Below are positions 38,108-49,999 of a stretch of DNA of 64,000 nucleotides, one piece after another (within the stretch, counting starts at the first letter, position 1; each line of letters begins with the position of its first letter). The stretch covers positions 8,033 to 72,032 of the forward strand of contig NZ_JAHRWW010000017.1 of the NCBI RefSeq assembly GCF_019104945.1, in the 5' to 3' direction. The notes below the pieces were generated by a model. It did not search any database, had not been told where the DNA came from, and saw only the letters and a program-made list of their open reading frames with translations. This DNA is from Thermomonas sp. Its GTDB lineage: Bacteria > Pseudomonadota > Gammaproteobacteria > Xanthomonadales > Xanthomonadaceae. The position numbers and the translations under genes were made by a program.

Positions 38108-40756
38108 ATGCGTCGTATTCTTTCTACAGCAATTGCGTTGGCGCTGGTTAGCGCGACAGGTGCGGTGTGCGCACAACAACTGGGCCATGCACCCACGTTA
38201 ACAGAGGTCACCACCCAGCTTCCACGCGATGTTGCGCCGGTGCATTATCGCCTTGAAGTTACGCCGCATGCCGAGGCCATGACGTTTGATGGCAATCTCA
38301 AAATTGAACTGAACGTGCTTGTGCCGACCAACACCATCGTGTTGCAGGCGGTGGATATGCAGTTTGTGACGAGTGCACTGGTTGATGCAAAAGGCCGTGC
38401 GCTGAAAGCAAACGTTACCTTGAATGCAGATGAGCAAACGGCCAGCTTCAAGTTTGAGCAGACGCTTGCGCCGGGCAAATACCAGTTGCTCACCACCTAT
38501 ACCGGAAAAATCGGCACGCAGGCCAATGGCCTGTTTGCGCTGGACTATCCCACCGAAGCGGGTAAGAAGCGCGCACTTTATACGCAGTTTGAAAACTCGG
38601 ACGCACGCCGTTTCATCCCTTCGTGGGACGAGCCAAACTACAAGGCGACCTTTGACCTAAGTGTGGTGGCCCCCGCCGGGCAGATGGCCGTGAGTAATAT
38701 GCCGGTGAAAGCCGAAGAAACGCTGCGAAACGGATTGCAGCGCATTACCTTTGAAACCACGCCAAAGATGTCCACCTACCTGCTGTTTTTGGGGCTGGGT
38801 GAGTTTGACCGCATCTCCTTGGAAGACGGCGGTGTGGACATTGGCGTAATTACCCAGAAAGGCAAGGTTGAGCAGGCGCGTTTTGCGATGGAAGCCAGCC
38901 GCGATGTGCTGCGCGAATACAACGACTACTTCGGGGTGAAATATCCACTTAAGAAGCTCGACAATATCGCCGCACCGGGACGCAGCCAGTTCTTCAGCGC
39001 GATGGAAAACTGGGGGGCGATTTTTACCTTTGAATCTTCGATGCTGCTAGACCCAGCAACTTCGAATGTCTTCAATAAACAGACGATCTTTTTGACCGCG
39101 GCGCACGAGATTGCCCACCAATGGTTTGGTGATTTGGTCACGATGGCGTGGTGGGATGATTTGTGGCTCAACGAAGGCTTTGCCACTTGGATGGAAGGGC
39201 GTACCACGCGCAAGTTGCACCCTGAGTGGGATACATCGGGTGTGGATGCGGCCTACACCAGCCGTGGCCCAATGGGCGGTGATGCCTATGTCACCACCCA
39301 TCCGGTGGTGCAACATATTGCAACGGTAGAGCAAGCCAGCCAAGCGTTTGACGGTATCACCTATGGCAAAGGCTCTGCGGTGATTTCGATGCTGGAAGAT
39401 TATGTGGGGGAAGATGCGTGGCGTAATGGTGTGCGTAGCTACATCGCCAAACACGCTTACGGCAATGCGGTGACCGATGCGCTATGGGAAGAAATTGAGC
39501 AGGCCGCACCGGGGAAACAATTTATGCAAGTGGCACATGACTTCACATTGCAGCCGGGTGTGCCGCTGATTCGTGCGTCTAGTGTGTGCAAGAACGGTTC
39601 AACCGATATGACGTTGGAGCAGGGCGAGTTCACCGTGGACCGCCCAGACAAAACTCCTCTGCGCTGGCGTGTGCCGGTAAGTCTGCGCGGGGGGGATGGC
39701 AAGGCCGTAAAAGTATTGGTGGACGGCAAGGCCAGCGTGACGCTACCGGGCTGCGGCCCTGTGTTGGTGAACGCCGGGCAGAAGGGCTATTACCGCACGC
39801 TCTACACGCCTGCACAATTCAAAGCGCTGACTGCTTCCTTTGCGCAATTGCCCGTGGTGGATCAAATGGGTGTGTTGATGGATACCGGCGCGCTGTCTGC
39901 GGTTGGCCTGCAGCCGCAGGCCGATATGCTGAATCTTGTGCTGCAAGTGCCGCTAGATGCCGCACCAGAAATGTGGCAAATGGTATCGGGTTCACTGGGG
40001 GCGCTCGATGATTATTTTGATCAAGATGCAAAGCGCAAAGCAGCCGTTCAAAAGTTTGTCATTGCTAAGCTTTCGCCAAAGTTTCAACAGCTTGGTTGGG
40101 AGCAGAAGGAGGGGGACAGCACAGCAGTCAAGCAATTGCGCACAAGCCTGATTAGCACGCTGAGTGGGCTAGGCGATGTGGCCGTATTGGCAGAAGCGCG
40201 CCGCCGCTTTGCCGCCTTCTTGCAAGACCCAAAAACACTCAGCCCTGATCTGCGTCGCACGGTGCTGGGTATTGTGGCGTATAACGCCGATGAAGCCACG
40301 TGGAACCAGTTGCACACGCTGGCGCAGCAAGAAAAATCGTCCATGCTGCGTGATCAGTACTATGGCTTGTTGGCGCGTGCAAAAGATAAAACACTGGCGC
40401 AGCGCGCCTTGGCCATGGCGCTCACCGATGAGCCTGGGGCCACCAATGGCGCTTCGATGATTTCTTCGGTGTCTTGGGAGCACCCGGACATGGCATTTGA
40501 TTTTGCCGTTGCACACCGTGAGAAGGTCAATACGCTGGTTGATTCCACATCATTGCCACGTTATTACCCAGGGCTTGGTGCAAGTGCGAAAGATCTTGCA
40601 ATGGTGGATAAGATCAACGATTTCGCAGAAAAGTACATTGCACCCACTTCGCGACGCGATGCAAAGAGCGCCGTCAATGGTATTCAAACCCGGCTAAAAC
40701 TGCGTGCGCAATTGCTTCCTCAGATAGACGCGTGGTTGAAATCGAAGGGCGTGTAA
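38108..40756 (+). CDS. Secreted M1-family aminopeptidase (aminopeptidase N-like)
   Basis: Start ATG 38108, giving signal peptide MRRILSTAIALALVSATGAVCAQQ. Exopeptidase motif SAMENWG. Zinc site HEIAHQWFGD..WLNEGFATW. About 882 aa. Confidence 0.88.
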   Translation: MRRILSTAIALALVSATGAVCAQQLGHAPTLTEVTTQLPRDVAPVHYRLEVTPHAEAMTFDGNLKIELNVLVPTNTIVLQAVDMQFVTSALVDAKGRALKANVTLNADEQTASFKFEQTLAPGKYQLLTTYTGKIGTQANGLFALDYPTEAGKKRALYTQFENSDARRFIPSWDEPNYKATFDLSVVAPAGQMAVSNMPVKAEETLRNGLQRITFETTPKMSTYLLFLGLGEFDRISLEDGGVDIGVITQKGKVEQARFAMEASRDVLREYNDYFGVKYPLKKLDNIAAPGRSQFFSAMENWGAIFTFESSMLLDPATSNVFNKQTIFLTAAHEIAHQWFGDLVTMAWWDDLWLNEGFATWMEGRTTRKLHPEWDTSGVDAAYTSRGPMGGDAYVTTHPVVQHIATVEQASQAFDGITYGKGSAVISMLEDYVGEDAWRNGVRSYIAKHAYGNAVTDALWEEIEQAAPGKQFMQVAHDFTLQPGVPLIRASSVCKNGSTDMTLEQGEFTVDRPDKTPLRWRVPVSLRGGDGKAVKVLVDGKASVTLPGCGPVLVNAGQKGYYRTLYTPAQFKALTASFAQLPVVDQMGVLMDTGALSAVGLQPQADMLNLVLQVPLDAAPEMWQMVSGSLGALDDYFDQDAKRKAAVQKFVIAKLSPKFQQLGWEQKEGDSTAVKQLRTSLISTLSGLGDVAVLAEARRRFAAFLQDPKTLSPDLRRTVLGIVAYNADEATWNQLHTLAQQEKSSMLRDQYYGLLARAKDKTLAQRALAMALTDEPGATNGASMISSVSWEHPDMAFDFAVAHREKVNTLVDSTSLPRYYPGLGASAKDLAMVDKINDFAEKYIAPTSRRDAKSAVNGIQTRLKLRAQLLPQIDAWLKSKGV

Positions 40757-40780
40757 CCCAACCAATTCGATTCCAAAATG

Positions 40781-40811
40781 AAAAGGCCCCGCGATTTTCT
40801 GCGGGGCCTTT
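40781..40811. terminator. Bidirectional terminator between the M1 peptidase and the TonB-dependent receptor
   Basis: AAAGGCCCCGC-gattttct-GCGGGGCCTTT. Confidence 0.8.
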
Positions 40812-40837
40812 GCGTTGGTGCGGTTGTGCCTGCTTGC

Positions 40838-43720
40838 TTAGAACGTGTATTCCGCTTGCAGGGTGAACGAACGGCCACGCGGGTCGGCGATACGTGCTTC
40901 CCAGCCAGCACCATCGCCATCATCCAAATAGCGCAGGGTAAACGGCGGATCGGTATTGAACAGGTTACGAATGCCGAAGGTGAGCTTCATCTTTTCAAAC
41001 CCAGTCCAGCTCACGCTGTAGTTGTAGATCGTGTAGCTATCCACGTCGCGGCTGTAGTTCGGCGGAACGTAACCGTTGCGGATACCCGGCGGCTGCCAGT
41101 CTTTATAGCCATCACGATAAATCTGGGTCAGCATATGTGCCCAATCGCCACGCTGCCAGCCAAATGCAAGCGTGTGCTTCCACTTGATCGGAAGGTTGAA
41201 GTAGCGCTCGTATTCGCCTACCAAGTTGTCGCTGTAGGGCAGGCTATCGAAGGTCTTGGTCTTGAACGTGTCGAGGTAATTACCGTTCAAGTGGACGTTC
41301 CAGTTGCCACCTGCCAGCTGCCCGCGCATATTGGCATCCAGCTCCACGCCGCGGGTCAACGTGCCGCCGGTGTTGATATAGCGCTGGTCGATTTGGATGA
41401 TATTGCCGGTGCTATCGCGAATGAAGTTGGAAGCGTACAGCGGGTAGTTTGCGGTCATCGTGGAGAGGTTGAAGCCGCTGCGGATGGTGTTGGTGCGTTC
41501 GATTTCCCACCAGTCCACGCTTACGTTGAAGTTGGCGGTGGGCGCGATCACAAAACCAATGCTGCGCTGTTCGGCTTCTTCCGGTTTCAGGTTGGGGTTG
41601 CCGCCGGTGACGATGTCGGGGCGAATTTGCACATTGCAGTTGGCCACATCTGGGTCGTACTGGCCGTTCGGGCACTTGGCCGGGTCTGCTAAATCAAGAC
41701 CGGTGTACTGCGTTTCGGTGATGCCGCGGAATAGTTTGGCAAAGTCAGGCACTTTGAAGCCAGTGCTGTACGCGCCACGGAACACCAGCCAGTCGATCGG
41801 TTGCCACTTGAACGAATACTTCGGGTTGGTGGTGCCGCCGAAGCCATCGTAGCGGTCGTGGCGCACGGCAAGGTTGACTTCCAAACTCTTGACGACGGGC
41901 AGGTTCACTTCAACAAAGGCCGCTTTCACGTTACGTGTTTTGGGCGACATATAGTTGGATGCATCACCCGGTGCGCCGAACACATAGGCGTTACCTGCAG
42001 ACCATTCGGCCGGACCGCTGAACTCGTATTCTTCACGACGAATATCCACGCCAACCGCTGCCTGCACATCGTCTTCTGCCCAAAGTTTGAAGCCGAGGCT
42101 ACCGCTGGCACTGGCATCGAAGGTGGTGGTGGTGGATGCGCCCTTATACAGCAGTAGCCCGCTGGCATCGGCGGCGGCCAAGGCAGCGTAAGCGGCTTGT
42201 GATTGGTCTTGCCCCGGCATCAAGAAGGGGTTGAGTAGCCCACTCTTGAGTGCGGCCTTCAGTTGCGGCGTGTAGTAGTAACCGCCTGCAAGGACAGAAT
42301 CGGCACGGCTTTCTGCGCGTGATAGGCCGATGTCGTAGTCCCAGTTTGCAAAGGTGCCGGTGAAGCCGAATAGCACGCGGTAGGCTTTGGTGGTGGTCTC
42401 TAGCTGACGCGGGCCGCAGATCTCACAGCGCCAACGATAGGTAATGGGGGCGCCGTAATTGAGATTGGCTTGGCTGCCGAAGTAACCCAAGATTTGGTTA
42501 TAGATCGCGTCGTAGGTGGCCTGCGTATTGGCATTGAGCTCATAAGCGTCAAGCTGTGTGGCGCTGGCATTTCTGCTTGAGCTGATTTGCTGGGCTTCGA
42601 AATGACGCGTTGAACTCACCTTCGAGGCCATCAGCTCGGCGAAGAACTGGGTGTCATCGTTGATCTTGAAGGTGGCCCGGCCAATGCCTTGCACCGTGTC
42701 CACCGGTTGCTGGATGGTGCGTGCGCGGCCGTAGTCCCAGGCGCAGCCGAAGCTGGCGCCGGGGCTGGACCAGACTTTATCGTCATACTGCCCCATCATG
42801 TCGCCACCGTTTTCGCAGCCTGCGCCGCCGGGAAGGTCGAGCGTACTGATGGTGGTTTTGGTGAGCCCCGTGACGGGATCTATTAGCCCTCCGCCAATCA
42901 TGCTGCCGGTGGCACTCACGACGTTGGCAAACGGGGTACCGCGTGTATCGGGTGCTAGGCCGCGATCCGGCTGGAAGCTGTTGGCAAAATCGCGCTGCGA
43001 ACCCACCAACATCTTGTTTTTCTTGACGTTGACCGCCGCCCATACGTTCCAATGGTCGGAATCAAGGTCGCCCCATCCACCTAATAGACTGGCATGGAAG
43101 ATATTGCCGCCACCTTGCTGGGTGACGTCGGCACCGGCGGTGGCGGTATAGCCTTGGTAATTATCCCGGGTGATGAAGTTGATTACGCCGCCGATGGCGT
43201 CGGTGCCGTACACGGCCGAGGCACCGTCGCGCAGCACTTCTACACGCTCGATGGCGGCAAATGGAATGGAGTTTAAGTCAACCACTTGGCCGGCAAGACC
43301 GTGCGCAGCGACGCGGCGGCCATTGAGCAGCACCAAGGTGGCATCTGCGCCTTGGCCGCGCAGGTTGGCACCGGAAACGCCGTTATTGCCACGCGTGCCG
43401 GGAGGCGCCACACCACTATTGGCCGCAAGGCTATCAGGCCCGTTACTGGCGACGTTGAGCTGCTGCAGTAGCTGTTCTGCTGAAGTGATGCCTTGAGCAT
43501 CAATTTCAGCGCGTTGAATAATAGTGATGGGAAGCGCGGTTTCGATGTCGGTGCGCTGGATACGCGAGCCGGTAATCGTAATTTTATCAAGCGTTTTTGC
43601 AGCGCCTTCGGCCGTTGTTTTGGCGGTGTCTGCCTGTTGTGCGGCCGCAGGCAAGGCCATGGCGGCGATCAGTGCGATGCAGAGCCTGCGCGGTGTGAGT
43701 GTATGGCGAGTGGACATCAC
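40838..43720 (-). CDS. TonB-dependent outer-membrane receptor
   Basis: 960 aa. Signal peptide ending ALPAAAQQ. Plug domain KITITGSRIQRTD..IERVEVLRDGASAVYGTDAIGGVINFIT. C-terminal beta-barrel ending FTLQAEYTF. Confidence 0.9.
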   Translation of the reverse strand: MMSTRHTLTPRRLCIALIAAMALPAAAQQADTAKTTAEGAAKTLDKITITGSRIQRTDIETALPITIIQRAEIDAQGITSAEQLLQQLNVASNGPDSLAANSGVAPPGTRGNNGVSGANLRGQGADATLVLLNGRRVAAHGLAGQVVDLNSIPFAAIERVEVLRDGASAVYGTDAIGGVINFITRDNYQGYTATAGADVTQQGGGNIFHASLLGGWGDLDSDHWNVWAAVNVKKNKMLVGSQRDFANSFQPDRGLAPDTRGTPFANVVSATGSMIGGGLIDPVTGLTKTTISTLDLPGGAGCENGGDMMGQYDDKVWSSPGASFGCAWDYGRARTIQQPVDTVQGIGRATFKINDDTQFFAELMASKVSSTRHFEAQQISSSRNASATQLDAYELNANTQATYDAIYNQILGYFGSQANLNYGAPITYRWRCEICGPRQLETTTKAYRVLFGFTGTFANWDYDIGLSRAESRADSVLAGGYYYTPQLKAALKSGLLNPFLMPGQDQSQAAYAALAAADASGLLLYKGASTTTTFDASASGSLGFKLWAEDDVQAAVGVDIRREEYEFSGPAEWSAGNAYVFGAPGDASNYMSPKTRNVKAAFVEVNLPVVKSLEVNLAVRHDRYDGFGGTTNPKYSFKWQPIDWLVFRGAYSTGFKVPDFAKLFRGITETQYTGLDLADPAKCPNGQYDPDVANCNVQIRPDIVTGGNPNLKPEEAEQRSIGFVIAPTANFNVSVDWWEIERTNTIRSGFNLSTMTANYPLYASNFIRDSTGNIIQIDQRYINTGGTLTRGVELDANMRGQLAGGNWNVHLNGNYLDTFKTKTFDSLPYSDNLVGEYERYFNLPIKWKHTLAFGWQRGDWAHMLTQIYRDGYKDWQPPGIRNGYVPPNYSRDVDSYTIYNYSVSWTGFEKMKLTFGIRNLFNTDPPFTLRYLDDGDGAGWEARIADPRGRSFTLQAEYTF

Positions 43721-43868
43721 TTCCCCCCCGGGGTGTTGTGGAGTAAACAGCGAGAACGCTGCTATTCCTAATCTAACCTTAAATTGCCGTTAATGGAATA
43801 TGTATTTCGGCATGGCAATTCTGCTGGAATAAATGTTTCTCCGGTAACGGGTGTAGATGCGTCAGAAT

Positions 43869-43896
43869 GCAAAACGGCCCGCTTGCGCGGGCCGTT
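43869..43896 (-). terminator. Rho-independent terminator after gcvP
   Basis: Minus strand: AACGGCCCGC-gcaa-GCGGGCCGTT followed by TTGCATTC. Confidence 0.7.
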
Positions 43897-43920
43897 AATG
43901 TTGCAGCGATGTAGGTTGGC

Positions 43921-46827
<2,907 letters not shown>

Positions 46828-46871
46828 GGCGGCATCCGAAGGCGCATGGGCGCAAAAAAGGGGGATGCCCG

Positions 46872-47078
46872 CTCTGTCCTTTTGCCTGAGAGTTTGAAAG
46901 CGCGCGGGTGGGGAGGGGGATTCCGCACGCTTCTTGCCCCTTCGGCGCCGGCGCAAGCCCTGCGGCTGGCCGATCTCTCCAGAGTGTGGTCACACGGCGG
47001 TCTGTGGCCTGAGCGATTCCGGGCGGTTGCGCCTTCGGCAGCGCGGCAAACAGGTGTTCGCGCGCTTCTCCCACCGTG
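46872..47078 (-). promoter_or_regulatory. Tandem glycine riboswitch (two aptamers)
   Basis: Minus-strand RNA. Aptamer 1: CACGGUGGGAGAAGCG..CACCUG..GCCGAAGGCGCAA..GGAAUCGCUCAGGCCACAGACCGCCGUG. Aptamer 2: CUCUGGAGAGAUCGG..CGCCGAAGGGGCAA..GGAAUC..CUCAGGCAAAAGGACAGAG. All hallmark conserved blocks are present. The expression platform spans 46828..46871. Confidence 0.9.
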
Positions 47079-47085
47079 CCGCGGA

Positions 47086-47091
47086 ATTATA
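47086..47091 (-). promoter_or_regulatory. Perfect -10 hexamer (TATAAT) for the riboswitch-gcvP transcript
   Basis: Minus strand reads GAAGTATAATTCCGCGG. The hexamer contains the spoVR TAA stop and ends about 7 nt before the first riboswitch P1 strand. No good -35 element is seen. Confidence 0.45.
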
Positions 47092-48706
47092 CTTCATACA
47101 CGGTAGGATCGCCGCCGCTGGCGTCCACACTTTCAAGCCGTACCGGGAAGCCCCAGAGCCGGGTGACGTGTTTGAGCACTTCTTGCGCGTCGGCTGCGTC
47201 CAGCGGGCGGTTTTGATAGCGTGCATGGCGCAGCGTCAGGCTGCGATCGCCGCGCAGATTGACATTCCAAACCTGAATATTCGGTTCACGTACGCCGATA
47301 TCGTATTGCCGAGAGAGCAGTTGCCGCAGCTCGCGGTAGCCGTCTTCATCATGAATGGCACTGATGGTGAGCTGCGGCTGATCAGCATCGTCGTGGATGG
47401 CAAACAGGCGCAGATCACGCATGAGCTGCGGGCTTAAGTATTGGCCAATAAAACTTTCATCTTTGAAGTTGCGCATGGCGTAATCCAACGCGGGCAGCCA
47501 AGGCGAGCCCGCCAGATCCGGAAACCAGCGCCGGTCTTCTTCGGTGGGTGCTTCACAAATGCGGCGAATATCGCGGTACATCGAAAACCCCAGCGCGTAC
47601 GGGTTGATTCCGCTGTAAGCAGGGTGGCTGGGCGATGGTTGGTAAATGACATTGGTATGTGAAGACAACCATTCCAGCATCACGCTGTCATGCAGTTGGC
47701 CTTCGTCGTAGAGCGCGTTCATCAGCGTGTAGTGCCAGAACGAGGCCCAGCCTTCGTTCATCACTTGGGTTTGCCGCTGCGGATAAAAATACTGCGCGAT
47801 CTTGCGCACGATGCGCACGATTTCGCGCTGCCAAGGCTCCAAGAGTGGTGCATTTTTTTCGATGAAATACAGTACGTTTTCTTGCGGCTCACGTGGAAAG
47901 CGTTCTTCACTTGATGCCGTTGCTTGCTCGGTTTGCGCATTGGGTAGCGTGCGCCAGAGTTCGTTGACCTGCTGCTGTGCATAGCGGCGGTGCTCTTCAC
48001 GGCGCGCTAGCTCGTCTTGCAGGCTGCGCTTGGACGGGCGCCGATAGCGATCCACACCCACCGTGGCCAGTGCATGGCAGGAATCAAGCAATTGTTCGAC
48101 GGTATCCAAGCCGTAGCGTTCTTCGCATTTGCTGACATAGTCGCGGGCGTACACCATGTAGTCGATGATCGAAGAGGCATCGGTCCACATGCGGAACAGA
48201 TAGTTGCCTTTGAAAAAGCTGTTATGCCCATACGCAGCGTGGGCGATCACCAGCGCTTGCATCGCGGTGCTGTTTTCTTCCATCAAATAGCTGATGCAAG
48301 GGTTGGAGTTGATGCAGATTTCATACGCCAGCCCCATATGCCCGCGCCGATAGTTGCGCTCGGTAGCAAGAAACGATTTTCCGAAACTCCAATGGCGGTA
48401 GTTCACCGGCATGCCCACGCTGGTGTAGGCGTCCATCATTTGCTCGGATGAAATGACTTCCAGTTGGTTGGGGTAGGTATCTAGGCCAAACCGCTTGGCG
48501 GTAGCGGCAATTACACTGTGGTAGCGCTCGATCAGCTCGAACGTCCAATCGCTTGGTGCGGGCAGCGGTTCTGTGGGGCGCGGCGGCGGTGGTAGTGGCG
48601 TGTCAGGAACGGTGTGGTGGCGGCGCTCGCCGACATTGGCGAGCGTCCAAGGGTTGTCGCCGCGACGGCGTTCGAGAGCTGGATAGGCGCTGGGGTTGAT
48701 GCTCAT
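47087..48706 (-). CDS. SpoVR-family protein (YcgB-like)
   Basis: 539 aa. GLDTYPNQLEVISSEQMMDAY..HAAYGHNSFFKGN, typical SpoVR/YcgB. ATGA overlap with the preceding gene. Confidence 0.9.
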   Translation of the reverse strand: MSINPSAYPALERRRGDNPWTLANVGERRHHTVPDTPLPPPPRPTEPLPAPSDWTFELIERYHSVIAATAKRFGLDTYPNQLEVISSEQMMDAYTSVGMPVNYRHWSFGKSFLATERNYRRGHMGLAYEICINSNPCISYLMEENSTAMQALVIAHAAYGHNSFFKGNYLFRMWTDASSIIDYMVYARDYVSKCEERYGLDTVEQLLDSCHALATVGVDRYRRPSKRSLQDELARREEHRRYAQQQVNELWRTLPNAQTEQATASSEERFPREPQENVLYFIEKNAPLLEPWQREIVRIVRKIAQYFYPQRQTQVMNEGWASFWHYTLMNALYDEGQLHDSVMLEWLSSHTNVIYQPSPSHPAYSGINPYALGFSMYRDIRRICEAPTEEDRRWFPDLAGSPWLPALDYAMRNFKDESFIGQYLSPQLMRDLRLFAIHDDADQPQLTISAIHDEDGYRELRQLLSRQYDIGVREPNIQVWNVNLRGDRSLTLRHARYQNRPLDAADAQEVLKHVTRLWGFPVRLESVDASGGDPTVYEV

Positions 48707-49968
48707 GCCGTTGCACCCTCCTTGCGGAAGAGGTCACGGAAGACTGGATAAATTTCACTCACAGCGGTCGCTTTACGAATGGCGAAATTGTCAAACTGTG
48801 CGCTGAGTTCGGCGTATTCCTGCCAAAGTGCCTGCTCGTCTTCTACTACTTGCACATAGGCGTAGTAACGCACCAATGGCAGGATGCGTTCGCGCAGCAG
48901 TTGGCTGCATTGGCCATTGTCGGTAGAAAAATTGTCGCCATCGCTGGCCTGCGCCACGTAGAGATTCCATTCGGTACTGGGGTAGCGCGCAAGAATGATC
49001 TCGTCGAGCAGTTGCAATGCGCTACTGACAACGGTGCCACCGGTTTCGCGCGCGTGGAAAAATTCGTCTTCACTGACTTCGGCAGCCTGCGTGTGGTGGC
49101 GAATAAACACCAGCTCGATTTTTTCGTAATGCCTCGTCAAGAAGAGGTACAGCAAAATGAAGAAGCGCTTAGCGAGGTCTTTGCGCGCTTCGTCCATGGA
49201 GCCAGATACATCCATCACACAAAACATGACGGCGCGGCTGATTGGAACAGGTACTTTGGTGTGGGCGCGAAAGCGCAGATCGAGCGTATCGAGGTAGGGT
49301 GTGCTGCGAATTTTTTGCTGCAGTTGTTCAATCTGCAGTTTGAGCTCCGCCGCTGCATTGCTTTCACCTTGGCCGCTGTCTTGCAAAGCTTGCAACTGCT
49401 CTTGCAGTTCTAGTAAATGGCGTTTCGCCGATTTTGAAAGCGCGATGCGCCGCCCCAACGCCTGCCGCATGGTGCGTACAACGGCAAGATTATGCGGCGT
49501 ACCGTCGGTGCTAAACCCCGCGCGTCGCGTCTTCCACTGCGGTTGGTCACCAATATGGGTGCGCAGCAAATGCGGTAGCTCTAGGTCTTCAAAAAATAGC
49601 TGCATGAACTCGTCTTTACTTAGGGTAAAAGTAAAGTCGTCCTCACCCTCGCCTTGATCACTGGCCTGCGAGCCGCTGCCGCCATCATTGTGCTGGCGCT
49701 TGATCGTATCGCCACGCACATAGCCCGGGTTGCCCGGGTGCACCATGTCGCGAATGCCGCCTTGGCCGTGGTGAAAACTTGGTTCGCGAATATCTTTGCT
49801 GGGGATGTGGATGTTTTCAGATTTTTCGATGTCGCGGATCGACCGCCCTGAGATCGCGCGGCGCGCCGCTTCAGCGATCTGGGCTTTGTAGCGGCGCAAA
49901 AAGCGCTCGCGGTTGCCTACCGACTTATTCTTGCCGGAAAGCCTGCGGTCGATGATCTGCAGTGGCAT
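48703..49968 (-). CDS. YeaH/YhbH-family protein (DUF444, vWA-like)
   Basis: 421 aa. MPLQIIDRRLSGKNKSVGNRERFLRRYK N-terminus. FCVMDVSGSM (MIDAS-like). Sits between prkA and spoVR. Confidence 0.9.
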   Translation of the reverse strand: MPLQIIDRRLSGKNKSVGNRERFLRRYKAQIAEAARRAISGRSIRDIEKSENIHIPSKDIREPSFHHGQGGIRDMVHPGNPGYVRGDTIKRQHNDGGSGSQASDQGEGEDDFTFTLSKDEFMQLFFEDLELPHLLRTHIGDQPQWKTRRAGFSTDGTPHNLAVVRTMRQALGRRIALSKSAKRHLLELQEQLQALQDSGQGESNAAAELKLQIEQLQQKIRSTPYLDTLDLRFRAHTKVPVPISRAVMFCVMDVSGSMDEARKDLAKRFFILLYLFLTRHYEKIELVFIRHHTQAAEVSEDEFFHARETGGTVVSSALQLLDEIILARYPSTEWNLYVAQASDGDNFSTDNGQCSQLLRERILPLVRYYAYVQVVEDEQALWQEYAELSAQFDNFAIRKATAVSEIYPVFRDLFRKEGATA

Positions 49969-49999
49969 GCGTCAGATCTCCTTGTGGGTGAACCTCCAC

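Noticed and set aside
43770-43830. Fur box or operator in the TBDR upstream region.
   Set aside because: There is only an imperfect 7/8-bp inverted repeat (AATTGCC..GGCAATT) with a long spacer. I saw no convincing match to GATAATGATAATCATTATC.
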